64,000 bases of DNA from Eledone cirrhosa (lineage: Eukaryota). The notes beneath the pieces are model-generated. The model was not told where the DNA came from and made no database searches. It was given only the letters and a program-made list of their open reading frames with translations. The DNA lies in contig OZ024754.1 in assembly GCA_964016885.1 (NCBI GenBank), positions 26,784,001 through 26,848,000 on the forward strand. The letters are read 5' to 3'. Numbering within the stretch: the first letter of the stretch is position 1; each line of letters starts with the position of its first letter. This document shows, one piece after another, positions 26,055 through 43,400 of this stretch. The position numbers and the translations under genes are program-made.

Positions 26055-27065
26055 GAAGTGGTAACACAACAGTTAGTTCACCATACCGAGAATAATTGTT
26101 TCACCTTATGTGGATCTTCAGCTCGGACTGGTCATGGTTATACGGAACAAGAATAACAACTGTATGAACGCGCATGCGCAGAAACGGTCACTTCACTACC
26201 ATCACTAACAGCTTCAGGCTTTCGGCAAGAGCATCCTGGTGACATTCCATTGTGGGCCTTAGATTGACACTTTCCCAGAGGTCACGAATACCGCTCCATC
26301 TTTAACAGACACAGAGTAAAACTAGGGTACTCCTGCGCTAATAATATGAAGGCTCACATCACCAACAATCCTAAGAGCGGCACCCCACCAGGATGCTCTT
26401 GTCGAAAGCCTGAAGCTTGTCCCCTTCAACAGCAATGCAACACACCCGCTGTAGTTTATGAAGCTGTGGTCACTTCCAACCAACCAAATCAACCATAAGA
26501 GGTCAAATCTTATGTGGGTAGGGCCGATTTAAGGAACGCTTCCTGAACCATCAGTCGACCTTTAGGTACCCGGACAGACGTTCATCCACGAAGCTCGCGA
26601 TCCACGTATGACCCAGGTATAGACTACTCCAGTCAATGGAAAGACATCACTAAGTCCAAACCATACGCAATGGGCAGTCCGTCTTGTGGACTGTGTATTG
26701 AAGAAACGATAAATATTTTAAGGAGATTACGCAATATCGATTTCCTAAACTCAGGAAAGTAAATCTCACGTTGTCCACATGTCTGGAAACACCTCTTGCA
26801 TAACTACAAAGCTCCGGATTGAATAACAACATTCTAATTTTCTAATCAACTCGAGCATTTTATTCCGGACTTTCGCAGTTATCTCCCTTACTTCTTTCGC
26901 CCGTGGTTTTGCATCGTTTGGGTGAAGTGACCGTTTCTGTGCATGCGTTTCTGTGCACGCGTTCATACGGTTGTTCTTCCTGTTCTGTATAACCAGTCTG
27001 AGCTGAAGATCCGCATAAGGTGAAACAATTGTTCTCGGTATGGTGAACTAACTGTTGTGTTTCTA
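26055..27065. mobile_element. Penelope-like remnant bounded by inverted hammerhead-bearing ends
   Basis: 26063-26196 is the reverse complement of about 26922-27060. Hammerheads at 26086-26126 (-) and 26998-27038 (+: ctgag CTGAAGA tccgcataaggt GAAA caattg TT ctcgg). Confidence 0.65.
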
Positions 27066-27093
27066 CTTATATATATATATATATATATATTAG

Positions 27094-27384
27094 TTAGTAA
27101 CATGTGCTTACGCCGTATTTGACTAGATAGAATTAGTCTGTTCGTTGGGATTTAAAGAAACCCCCTCAGAATGGAAAAAAGGATGAGTATTGACATACAT
27201 GGGACACGAACCCACATCATTGGTTTGCCGGACCAATGTGTTACCATTACACCAACTCGTGTTGCGTGACATGTTACGTCAATACTCATCGTTTTTTTCC
27301 ATTGTGAGGGTTTTAAAAAAAATCCCAACTAACAGACTAATTCTATGTAGTCAAATACGCCGTAAGCACATGGTACTACCTAAT
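27094..27384 (-). mobile_element. Hairpin element with ~100-bp inverted arms enclosing a tRNA-like head
   Basis: Minus strand 27201-27258 reads gagtTGGTGTAATGGtaacacattggtccggcaaaccaatgatgtgGGTTCGTGTCCc (A and B boxes). Arms share gtcaatactcatc.ttttttccatt with the 4213 and 24466 hairpins. Confidence 0.7.
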
Positions 27385-27451
27385 TTTCAAATTTACTAGC
27401 CGTTTCTCAACAAAGCCTGCTTTGTGTCTCCCTATTTATACATATATATAT

Positions 27452-27597
27452 ATCATCATCATCGTTTAACGTCCATCTTCCATGCTAGCATGGGTCTGGA
27501 CGGGAATTGTCCCATTTGAGGCAAGATTGGTTGTCTTGCTCAGGACAGTCTGGCGGGTTTTCTACGGCTGGATGCCCTTCCTAACACCAACCACGTT
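27452..27597 (-). mobile_element. SINE/RTE-type 3' end with (GAT)n tail
   Basis: Reverse complement of the motif at 1466-1530 (cccgtc..acccat.ctagc.tggaag...gacgttaaacgatgatgatg). Confidence 0.6.
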
Positions 27598-27601
27598 TAC
27601 T

Positions 27602-27643
<42 letters not shown>

Positions 27644-27700
27644 TTTTACTGAGTTCAATCGGAAGTAACGACATATATATATATATACATACACACACAA

Positions 27701-27746
<46 letters not shown>

Positions 27747-28000
27747 CTAACGTTATAAGGCCATTTTCTTTGCTAAAACAGGGTTTAGCCTTGTGGGGCC
27801 CAAAACAAGTTTTTACCCCTACTTTGCCAACTTTCATTTCCTCCTCCATCATTCTCAGCTGTCTTTCTTTAGTCTTCTTCTTCCGGTTGCATTTGAAAAC
27901 TCAGTCGCAGAAAACCGACACAAGTATCGCAGTGCATTTCTAGGTTTTTCTATTTTTATTACACAATTCTTGTACTTTCTTTTAATTTTTTTATTTTCAG

Positions 28001-28182
28001 TGTTTCATCCGTTTATACGTAGTGGCATGTATGCAGCTGAACGATACTTGCAAATATACTTCGGCAACAAAGTTAAAGTCGAGAAAGTTTCCATTCATTC
28101 GGAAAGCTATTCAACGGGAAGAGTAAAAGTCTTTAAACTTGCCTACAGTGACGATGGCATTAGCTGGGTATCTGGAAAAATG
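28001..28182 (+). CDS. Exon 9 (F5/8 type C / discoidin domain core, incomplete)
   Basis: Long pyrimidine tract then ttttcag| acceptor and atg|gtaatt donor. Contains RYLQIYFGNKVKVEKVSIH...VKVFKLAYSDDGISW, the typical discoidin motifs WLQIDLG and F.L.YS.DG..W. Phase 1 in, phase 0 out. Confidence 0.88.
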
Positions 28183-28491
28183 GTAATTGTAGAATAGGTC
28201 TCTTTCTTAATTCAGCTGTGATGAAAGAGTCAGAAAGATTATGGTGTGTGCGTGGTTACATATCCCTGTCTTTGTTGTTGTTGGTGTTACTGCTGTGAGG
28301 AAAGAGATAGAGAGAGAGAGAGAGAGAGGATGGTGTGACTGTGGTTAAATTACACCGTTGTTGTTGTTGTCGTTACTGATGTGAAGAGAAAGAGAGACAG
28401 AAAGATGATGGTGTATATGGTTATATATTTTTCCAGAAACAAAACAACAGATAGCAACAATAATACTAACCAGAACAATGCCTCCTCCATT

Positions 28492-31400
28492 ACTACCATT
28501 ACCAACACTACCATCACCAACACTACCACCACCAACACTACCATCACCAACACTACCATCACCAACACTACCACCACCAACACTACCATCACTAACACTA
28601 CCATCACCAACACTACCATCACTAACACTACCAGCAACACTACCATCAACAACACTACCAGCAACACTACCATCACCAACACTACCATCACCAACACTAC
28701 CATCACCAACACTACCATCACCAACACTACCATCACCAACACTACCATCACTAACACTACCATCACCAACACTACCATCACTAACACTACCATCACCAAC
28801 ACTACCATCACTAACACTACCAGCAACACTACCATCAACAACACTACCAGCAACACTACCATCACCAACACTACCATCACCAACACTACCATCACTAACA
28901 CTACCATCACCAACACTACCATCACTAACACTACCAGCAACACTACCATCACCAACACTACCATCACCAACACTACCATCACCAACACTACCATCACTAA
29001 CACTACCATCACCAACACTACCATCACTAACACTACCAGCAACACTACCATCACCAACACTACCATCACTAACACTACCATCACCAACACTACCATCACT
29101 AACACTACCATCACCAACACTACCATCACTAACACTACCATCACCAACACTACCATCAACAACACTACCATCACTAACACTACCATCACCAACACTACCA
29201 TCACCAACACTACCATCACTAAAACTACCACCACCAACACTACCATCACCAACACTACCATCACTAACACTACCAGCAACACTACCATCAACAACACTAC
29301 CAGCAACACTACCATCACCAACACTACCATCACCAACACTACCATCACCAACCCTACCATCACCAACACTACCATCACTAACACTACCATCACCAACACT
29401 ACCATCACCGACACTACCATCACCAACACTACCTCCAAAACTACCATCACCAACACTACCACCAACACTACCATCACCAACACTACCACCACCAACACTA
29501 CCATCACCAACACTACCATCACCGACACTACCATCACCAACACTACCTCCAAAACTACCATCACCAACACTACCACCAACCCTACCATCACCAACACTAC
29601 CATCACCAACACTACTATCACCAACACTACCACCAACACTACCATCACCAACACTACCACCAACACTACCATCACCAACACTACCATCACCAACACTACC
29701 ATCACCAACACTACCATCACCAACACTACCATCACCAACACTACCACCAACACTACCATCACCAACACTACCACCACCAACACTACCATCACCAACACTA
29801 CCATCACCAACACTACCATCACCAACACTACCACCAACACTACCATCACCAACACTACCACCACCAACACTACCATCACCAACACTACCATCACCAACAC
29901 TACCACCAACACTACCATCACCAACACTACCATCACCAACACTACCACCACCAACACTACCACCACCAACACTACCATCACCAACACTACCATCACCAAC
30001 ACTACCACCACCAACACTACCGTCACTAACACTACCATCACCAACAATACCATCACCAACACTACCATCACCAACACTACCACCACCAACAATACCATCA
30101 CCAACACTACCATCACCAACACTACCACCACCAACACTACCGTCACTAACACTACCATCACCAACACTACCACCACCAACACTACCATCACTAACACTAC
30201 CATCACCAACACTACCATCACCAACACTACCACCACCAACACTACCATCACCAACACTACCATACCAAAACACTACCACCACCAACACTACCACCAACAC
30301 TAACATCACCAACACTACCATCACTAACACTACCACCACCAACACTACCATCACTAACACTACCACCACCAACACTACCATCACTAACACTACCATCACC
30401 AACACTACCATCACCAACACTACCATCACTAACACTACCATCACCAACACTACCACCACCAACACTACCATCACTAACACTACCATCACCAACACTACCA
30501 TCACCAACACTACCACCACCAACACTACCACCACCAACACTACCATACCAAAACACTACCACCACCAACACTACCACCAACACTAACATCACCAACACTA
30601 CCATCACTAACACTACCATCACCAACACTACCATCACCAACACTACCATCACCAACACTACCATCACCAACACTACCATCACCAACACTACCACCACCAA
30701 CACTACCATACCAAAACACTACCACCACCAACACTACCACCAACACTAACATCACCAACACTACCATCACCAACACTACCATCCCCAACACTACCATCCC
30801 CAACACTACCATCACCAACACTACCATCACCAACACTACCATCACCAACACTACCATCAGCAACACTACCATCACCAACACTACCACCACCAACACTACC
30901 ATCACCAACACTACCACCACCAACACTACCATCACCAACACTACCATCACCAACACTACCATCACCAACACTACCACCACCAACACTACCATCATCAACA
31001 CTACCACCACCAACACTACCATCACCAACACTACAATCACCAACACTACCATCACCAACACTACCACCACCAACACTACCATCACCAACACTACCACCAC
31101 CAACACTACCATCACCAACACTACCATCAACAACACTACCACCAACACTACCATCACCAACACTACCATCACCAACACTACCACCACCAACACTACCATC
31201 ACCAACACTACCACCACCAACACTACCACCACCAACACTACCACCAACACTACCATCACTAACACTACCATCACCAACACTACCACCACCAACACTACCA
31301 TCACCAATACTAGCACCACCAACACTACCATCACCAACACTACCACCACCAACACTAACATCACCAACACTACCATCACTAACACTACCATCCCCAACAC

Positions 31401-34400
31401 TACCATCACCAACACTACCATCACCAATACTAGCACCACCAACACTACCATCACCAACACTACCACCACCAACACTAACATCACCAACACTACCATCACT
31501 AACACTACCATCCCCAACACTACCATCACCAACACTACCATCACCAATACTAGCACCACCAACACTACCATCACCAACACTACCACCACCAACACTAACA
31601 TCACCAACACTACCATCACTAACACTACCATCCCCAACACTACCATCACCAACACTACCATCACCAACACTACCATCACCAACACTACCACCACCAACAC
31701 TACCATCAACAACACTACCATCACCAACACTACCATCACCAACACTACCACCAACAACACTACCATCACCAACACTACCATCAACAACACTACCATCACC
31801 AACACTACCATCACCAACACTACCATCAACAACACTACCACCACCAACACTACCATCACCAACACTACCATCACCAACACTACCATCACCAACACTATCA
31901 TCACCAACACTACCATCAACAACACTACCATCACCAATACTACCATCACCAACACTACCACGACCAACACTACCATCACCAGCACTACCATCACCAACAC
32001 TACCACCACCAACACTACCATCAACAACACTAACATCACCAACACTACCATCACTAACACTACCATCATCAACATTACCATCACCAACACTACCATCACC
32101 AACACTACCATCACCAACACTACCATCAACAACACTACCATCACCAACACTACCATCAACAACACTACCACCACCAACACTACCATCACCAACACTACCA
32201 CCAACACTACCATCACCAACACTACCATCACCAACACTACCATCACCAACACTACCACCAACACTACCATCACCAACACTACCATCACCAACACTACCAT
32301 CACCAACACTACCATCACCAACACTACCATCACCAACACTACCATCACCAACACTACCATCACCAACACTACCACGACCAACACTACCATCACCAACACT
32401 ACCATCACTAACACTACCATCATCAACACTACCATCATCAACACTACCATCACCAACACTACCATCACCAACACTACCACCACCAACACTACCACGACCA
32501 ACACTACCATCACCAACACTACCATCACCAACACTACCATCACCAACACTACCATCACCAACACTACCATCACCAACACTACCACGACCAACACTACCAT
32601 CACCAACACTACCATCACCAACACTACCATCACCAACACTACCATCAACAACACTACCATCACCAACACTACCATCAACAACACTACCACCACCAACACT
32701 ACCATCACCAACACTACCATCACCAACACTAACATCATCAACATGACCACCAACACCAAAATCACCAAACCTACCGGCAACACTACCACCAACACTATCA
32801 TCACCAACACTACCAAAACTAAAACTACCATCACCAACACTACCATCACCAACACTACCATCACCAACACTACCATCGCCAACACTACCACCAACACTAA
32901 CATTAATAACACTACCATCACCAACACTACCACCACCAACACTACCATCACCAACACTACCATCACCAACACTACCATAACCAACACTACCACCAACACT
33001 ACCATCACTAACACTACCATCACCAACACTACCATCACCAACACTAACATCATCAACACGACCACCAACACCAAAATCACCAAACCTGCCGGCAACACTA
33101 CCACCAACACTATCATCACCAACACTACCAAAACTAAAACTACCATCACCAACACTACCATCACCAACACTAGCATCACCAACACTACCATCACCAACAC
33201 TACCATCACCAACACTAACATCATCAACACTACCACCAACACTACCATCACTAACACTACCATCACCAACACTACCATCACTAACACTAACATCATCAAC
33301 ACGACCACCAACACCAAAATCACCAAACCTACCGGCAACACTACCACCAACACTATCATCACCAACACTACCATCGCCAACACTACCACCAACACTACCA
33401 TGTATAATACGACCATCACCAACACTACCACCACCAACACTACCACCACCAACACTACCATCACCAACACTACCATCACCAACACTACCACCAACACTAG
33501 CATCACTAACACTACCATCACCAACACTAACATCACCAACACTACCATCACCAACACTACCATCACCAACACTACCATCGCTAACACTGCCACCAACACT
33601 ACCATCACCAACACTACCATCAGGAACACTACCACCAACACTACCATCACCAACACTACCATCACCAACACCACCATCACTAACACTACCATCACCAACA
33701 CTACCACCAACACTACCATCACCAACACTACCATCGCTAACACTACCACCCAGACGACCATCACCAACACCACCATCACCAACTATACCATCACTAACAC
33801 TACCATCACCAACACTACCATCATCAACACTACCATCACTAACACTACCATCACCAACACTACCATCACTAACACTACCATCACCAACACTACCATCACC
33901 AACCCTACCATCACTAATACTACCACCAAAACTACCATCAGCAACACTACCATCACCAACACTACCATCACCAACACTACCATCACCAACCCAACCATCA
34001 TCAACACTACCACCAACACTACCATCACCAACACTAGCACCAACACTACCATCACCAACACTACCACCAACACTACCATCACCAATACTACCATCATTAA
34101 CACTACCATCACCAAGACTACCAGCAACAACACTACCATCACTAACACTACCATCACCAACACTACCATCAACAACACTACCATCACCAACACTACCATC
34201 AACAACACTACCATCACCAACACTACCATCACTAACACTACCACCAACACTACCATCACGAACACTACAACCAACACTACCAGCACCAACACTACCATCA
34301 CCAACATTACCATCACCAACACTACCATCACCAACACTACCACCAACACTACCATCACCAACACTAACACAAACACTACCATCACCAACACTACCACCAA

Positions 34401-37400
34401 CACTACTATCACCAATACTACCGTCACTAACACTACCATCACCAACACTACCATCACCAACACTACCACCAACACTACCACCAACACTAACATCACCAAC
34501 GCTACCATCACCAACACTACCATCAACAACACTACCATCACCAACACTACCATCACTAACACTACCACCAACACTACGATCATCAACACTACCACCAACA
34601 CTACCATCACCAACACTACCATCACCAACACTACCATCAACAACACTACCATCACCAACACTACCATCACTAACACTACCACCAACACTACCATCACCAA
34701 CACTACAACCAACACTACCAGCACCAACACTACCATCACCAACATTACCATCACCAACACTACCATCACCAACACTACCACCAACACTACCATCACCAAC
34801 ACTACCACAAACACTACCATCACCAACACTACCACCAACACTACTATCACCAATACTACCGTCACTAACACTACCATCACCAACACTACCATCACCAACA
34901 CTACCACCAACACTACCACCAACACTAACATCACCAACACTACCATCACCAACACTACCATCAACAACACTACCATCACCAACACTACCATCACTAAAAC
35001 TACCACCATCACTACCACAAACACTACCATCACCAACACTAACATCACCAACACTACCATCACCAACACTACCATCACCAACACTACCATCACCAACACT
35101 AACATCACCAACACTACCACCAACACTACCACCAACACAACCATCACCAACACTACCATCACCAACACTACCACCACTAACACTACCACCAGCACTAGCA
35201 TCACCAACCCTACCAGCAACACTACCACCAACACTACCATCACCAACACTACCATCACCAACATTACCATCACCAACAACACCATCACCAACACTACCAT
35301 AACCAATACTACCATCACTAACACTACCATAACCAATACTACCATCACCAACACTACCATAACCAATACTACCATCACTAACACTACCATCACCAATACT
35401 ACCATCACCAACACTACCATCACCACCAACACCATCACCAACACTACCATCACCAACACTACCATAACCAATACTACCATCACCAACACTACCATAACCA
35501 ATACTACCATCACCAACACTACCATAACCAATACTACCATCACCAATACTACCATCACCAACACTACCACCAACACTACCATCACCAACACTACCACCAA
35601 CACTACCGTCACCAACACTAACATCACCAACACTACCATCAGCAACACTGCCACCAACATTACCATCACCAACACTACCACCACCAACACTACCATCACA
35701 AACAATATCATCACCAACACTACCACCAACACTACCATCACCAACATTACCATCACCAACACTACCATCACCAACACTACCGTCACCAACACTACCACCA
35801 CCAACACTACCACCAATACTACCATCACCAACACTAACATCACCAACACTACCATCACCAACACTACCATCAGCAACACTACCAGCACCAACACTACCAC
35901 CACTAACACTACTACCAACACTACCATCACCAACTCTACCATCACCAACACTACCATCACCAACAATACCATCACCAACACTACCATCACTAACACTACC
36001 ATCACGTACACTACCATCACCAACACTACCATAACCAATACTACCATCACCAATACTACCATCACCAACACTACCATCACTAACACTACCAGCACCAACA
36101 CTACCATCACCAACACTACCATCACCAACACTACCACCAACACTACCATCACCAACACTACCATCAGCAACACTGCCACCAACACTACCATCACCAACAC
36201 TACCATCACCAACACTACCACCAACACTACCATCACCAACACTACCATCACCAACACTACCATCACCAACACTACCATCACCAACACTACCATCACCAAC
36301 ACTACCACCAACACTACCATCACCAACACTACCATCACCAACACTACCATCACCAACACTACCATCACCAACACTACCATCACCAACACTACCACCAACA
36401 CTACCATCACCAACCCTACCACCACCAACACTACCATCACCAACATTACCATCACCAACACTACCATCACCAACACTACCATCACCAACACTATCATCAC
36501 CAACACTACCACCAACACTAGCATCACCAACACTACCATCACCAACACTACCACCAACACTACCATCACTAACACTAACATCACCAACACTACCACGAAC
36601 ACTACCATCACCAACACTACCTTTACAAACACTACTATCACCAACACTACCATCAGAAAGACTACCATCAGCAACACTACCAGCACCAACACTACCATCC
36701 CCAACACTACCACCAACACTACCACCAACACTACCATCACCAACACAACCATCACCAACACTACTACCAACACTACCATCACCAACACTACCACCAACAC
36801 TACCATCAACAACACTACCATCAGCAACACTACCATCACCAACACTGACATCACCAACACTACCATCACCAACACTACCTTTACCAACACTACCACCAAC
36901 ACTACCATCACCAACACTACCATCAGCAACACTACCATCACCAACACTACCATCACTAACACTACCATCACCAACACTTCCATCACCATCACTGACATCA
37001 CCAACACTACCATCACCAACACTACCATCACCAACACTACCATCACCAACACTACCATCACCAACACTACCATCACCAACACTACCATCAGCAACACTAC
37101 TATAACCAACACTACCATCACTAAAACTACCATCACCAACACTACCATCACCAACATTACCATCACCAACACTGCCATCACCAACACTACCACCAACACT
37201 ACCATCATCAAAACTACCATCACCAACATTACCATCACCAACACTACCATCACCAACACTACCACCAACACTACCATCACTAACACTACCATCACCAACC
37301 CTACCATCACCAACACTACCACCAACACTACCATCACCAACACTACCATCACCAACACTACCACCAACACTACCATCACCAACACTACCATCAATAACAC

Positions 37401-40400
37401 TACCACCACCAACACTACCACCACCAACACTACCACCACCAGCACTACCATCACCAACACTACCATCACCAACACTACCATCACTAATACTACCATCACC
37501 AACACTACCATCAACAACACTACCATCAGCAACACTACCATCAACAACACTACCATCAGCAACACTACCATCACCAACACTACCATCACCAACACTACCA
37601 TCACTAATACTACCATCACCAACACTACCATCAACAACACTACCATCAGCAACACTACCATCACCAACACTACCATCAGCAACACTACCATCACCAACAC
37701 TACCATCACCAACACTACCATCACCAACCCTACCATCATCAACACTACCACCAACACTACCATCACCAACACTAGCACCAACACTACCATCACCAACACT
37801 ACCACCAACACTACCATCACCAATACTACCATCACTAACACTACCATCACCAACACTACCAGCAACAACACTACCATCACTAACACTACCACCAACACTA
37901 ACATCACCAACACTACCATCACCAACACTACCATCAACAACACTACCATCACCAACACTACCATCACTAACACTACCACCAACACTACGATCATCAACAC
38001 TACCACCAACACTACCATCACCAACACTAGCACCAACACTACCATCACCAACACTACCATCAACAACACTACCATCACCAACACTACCATCACTAACACT
38101 ACCACCAACACTACCATCACCAACACTACCACCAACACTACCATCACCAACATTACCATCACCAACACTACCATCACCACCACTACCACCAACACTACCA
38201 TCACCAACACTACCACAAACACTACCATCACCAACACTACCACCAACACTACCATCACCAATACTACCGTCACTAACACTACCATCACCAACACTATCAT
38301 CACCAACACTACCACCAACACTACCACCAACACTAACATCACCAACACTACCATCACCAACACTACCATCAACAACACTACCATCACCAACACTACCATC
38401 ACTAAAACTACCACCAACACTACCACAAACACTACCATCACCAACACTACCATCACCAACACTACCAGCAACAACCATTCCATCACCAACACTACCATCA
38501 CCAACACTACCATCACCAACACTACCATCACCAACACTAACATCACCAACACTACCACCAACACTACCACCAACACTACCATCACCAACACTACCATCAC
38601 CAACACTACCACCACTAACACTACCACCAGCACTAGCATCACCAACCCTACCAGCAACACTACCACCAACACTACCATCACCAACACTACCATCACTAAC
38701 ACTACCATCACGTACACTACCATCACCAACACTACCATAACCAATACTACCATCACCAACACTACCATAACCAATACTACCATCACCAATACTACCACCA
38801 ACACTACCATCACCAACACTACAATCACCAACACTACCACCAACACTACCATCACCAACACTACCATCAGCAACACTGCCACCAACACTACCATCACCAA
38901 CACTACCATCACCAACACTACCACCAACACTACCATCACCAACACTACCATGACCAACACTACCATCACCAACATTACCATCACCAACACTACAATCACC
39001 AACACTACCATCACCAACCCTACCATAACCAACACTACCATCACTAACACTACCATCACCAACACTACCATAACCAACACTACTATCACCAACACTACCA
39101 TCAACAACACTACCATCACCAACACTACCATCACCAACACTACCACTTACACTACCATCACCAACCCTATCATCATCAACTCTACCACCAACACTACCAT
39201 CACCAACACTACCATCACCAACACTACCATCACCAACACTAACACCAACAACACTACCATCACCAACACTACCACCAACAACACTAACATCACCAACACT
39301 ACCATCACAAACACTACCATCACCAACACTACCATCACCAACACTACCATCAACAACACTACCATCACCAACACTACCATCACCAACACTACCACTTACA
39401 CTACCATCACCAACACTACCATCACCCACACTACCATCACCAACACTACCATCACTAACACTACCATCACCAACACTACCATCACCAACACTACCACCAA
39501 CACTACCATCACAAACACTACCATCACCAACACTACCACCAACACTACCATCACCAACACTACCATCACCAACACTACTACCAACACTACCATCACTAAC
39601 ACTACCATCACCAACACTACCATCACCAACACTACCATCACCAACACTACCACCAACACTACCATCACCAACACTACCATCACCAACACTACTACCAACA
39701 CTACCATCACTAACACTACCATCACCAACACTACCATCACCAACACTACCATCACCAACACTACCATCACCAACACTACCACCAACACTACCATCACAAA
39801 CACTACCATCACCAACACTACCACCAACACTACCATCACCAACACTACTACCAACACTACCATCACTAACACTACCATCAACAACACTACCATCACAACA
39901 CTATCGTGACTAACACTAACATCACCAACACTACCATCACCAACACTACCACCAACACTACCATCACCAACACTACCATCAACACTACCATCACCAACAC
40001 TACCACCAACACTACCATCACCAACACTACCACCAACAGTACCATCACCAACACTACCACCAACACTACCATCACCAACACTACCACCAACAGTACCATC
40101 ACCAACACTACCATCACTAACACTAACATCACCAACACTAACATCACCAACACTACCATCCCCAACACTACCATCACCAACACTACCATCAACAAAACTA
40201 CCATCACTAACACTACCATCACCAACACTACCATCACCAACACTTCCATCACCAACACTACCACCAACACTACCATAACCAACACTACCACCAACACTAC
40301 CATAACCAACACTACCACCAACACTACCATCACCAACACTACCACCAACACTACCATAACCAACACTACCACCAACACTACCATCAGCAACACTACCACC

Positions 40401-43400
40401 ACCAACACTACCATCCCCAACACTACCACCAACACTACTACCAACACTACCATCACCAACACTACCAACACCAACACTACCAACAACACTACCATCACGA
40501 ACACTGCCATCACCAACACTACCATCACCAACACTACCATCACCAACACTACCATCACCAAAACTACCATCACCAACACTACCATCACCAACACTACCAC
40601 CAACACTACCATAACCAACTCTACCACCAACACTACCATCAGCAACACTACCACCACCAACACTACCATCACCAACACTACTACCAACAACACTACCATC
40701 ACCAACACTACCACCACTAACACTACCATCACCAACACTACCACCAACACTACCATCACCAACAATACCGCCACCAACACTACCATCACCAACACTACCA
40801 TCACCAACACTACCATCAACAACACTACCACCACTAACACTACCATCACCAACACTACCACCAACACTACCATCACCAACACTACCACCAACACTAACAT
40901 CACCAACCCTACCAGCAACACTACCACCAACACTACCACCACCAACACTACCCTCACCAACACTATCATCACCAACACAACCACCACCAACACTTCCATC
41001 ACCAACACTACCACCCACACTACCATAACCAACCCTACCACCACCAACCCTACCATCACCAACACTACCATCACCAAAACTACCACCAACACTACCATCA
41101 CCACCACCAACACTACCATCACGAACACTACCACCAACACTACCATCACCAACACTACCATCACTAACCCTACCACCAGAACTACCACCAACACTACCAC
41201 CACCAACACTACCATCACCAACCCAACCATCACCAACACTACCATCACCAATACTACCACCACCAACCCTACCATCACCCACACTACCATCACTAACACT
41301 ACCATCAGCAACACTACCACCAACACGACCACAAACACTACAATCACCAACACTACCACCAACACTACCATCACCAACCCAACCACCAAAACTACCATCA
41401 CCAACACTACCACCAACACAACCATCACCAACCCGACCATCACCAACACTACCAGCACCAACCCTACCATCACCAACACTACATTCACCAACACTACCAG
41501 CAACACTACCATCACCAACCCTACCACCAACACTACCATCACCAACCCTACCATCACCAACACTACCATCACCAACACTACCACCACCAACACTACCATC
41601 ACCAACACTACCATCACCAACACTACCACCACCAACACTACCACCACCAACACTACCATCACCAACACTACCACCACCAACACTACCACCACCAACACTA
41701 CCATCACCAACCCTACCATCACCAACACTACCATCACCAACACTAACATCACCAACACTACCACCACTAACTCCACCAACACCAACACTACCACCAACAC
41801 TACCATAACGAATACTACCTCCAACACTAACATCACTAACCCTACCAGCAACACTACCACCAACACTACCATCACCAACACTACCATCACCAACACTAAC
41901 ATCACCAACACTACCACCAACACTACCATCACCAATACTACCATCACCAACACTACAATCAGCAACACTACCACAAACACTACCACAAACACTACCATCA
42001 CCAACACTACCATCACCAACACTATCACCAAAACTACCATCACCAACACTACCATCAACAACACTACCATCACCAACACTACCATCACTAACACTACCAT
42101 CACCAACACTACCACCAACACTACCACCAACACTACCATCACCAAGACTACCATCACCAACACTACCTTCACCAACACTACCATCACCAACACTACCATC
42201 ACCAACACTACCATCACAAACACTACCAACACCAACACTACCATCACCAACACTACCACCAACACTACCTTCACCAACACTACAATCACCAACACTACCA
42301 CCAACACTACCACCAACACTACCATCACCAACACTACCATCACCAACACTACCACCAAAACTATCATCACCAACACTACCATCAACAACACTACCATCAC
42401 CAACACTACCATCACTAGCACTACCATCACCAACACTACCACCAACACTACCACCAACACTACCATCACCAACACTACCATCACCAACACTACCACCAAA
42501 ACTACCATCACCAACACTACCATCAACAACACTACCATCACCAACACTACCATCACTAGCACTACCATCACCAACACTACCACCAACACTACCACCAACA
42601 CTACCATCACCAACACTACCATCACTAACACTACCATCACCAACACTACCATCACTAACACTACCATCACCAACAATACCACCAACACTACCATCACGAA
42701 CACTCCCATCACCAACACTACCATCACCAAAACTACCATCACCAACACTACCATCACCAACTCTACAATCACCAACACTACCATCACCAACACTACCATC
42801 ACCAACACTACCACCAACACTACCATCACCAACACTACAATCACCAACACTACCATCACCAACGCTACCATCACCAACACTACCATCACCAACACTACCA
42901 TCACCAACACTACCATCACCAACACTACCACCAACACTACCATCACCAACACTACCATCACCAACACTCCCATCACCAACACTACCACCAACACTACCAT
43001 CACCAACACTACCATCACGAACACTCCCATCACCAACACTACCATCACCAAAACTACCATCACCAACACTACCATCACCAACACTACAATCACCAACACT
43101 ACCATCACCAACACTACCATCACCAACACTACCACCAACACTACCATCACCAACACTACAATCACCAACACTACCATCACCAACACTACAATCACTAACA
43201 CTACCACCAACACTACCATCACCAACAATACCGCCACCAACACTACCATCACCAACACTACCACCACTAACACTACCATCACCAACACTACCACCAACAC
43301 TACCATCACCAACAATACCGCCACCAACACTACCATCACCAACACTACCATCACCAACACTACCATCACCAACGCTACCACCACTAACACTACCACCAAC

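Noticed and set aside
27195-27262. Functional tRNA gene
   Set aside because: A and B boxes are present, but there is no convincing acceptor stem and it is embedded in a repeat; treated as a SINE head.
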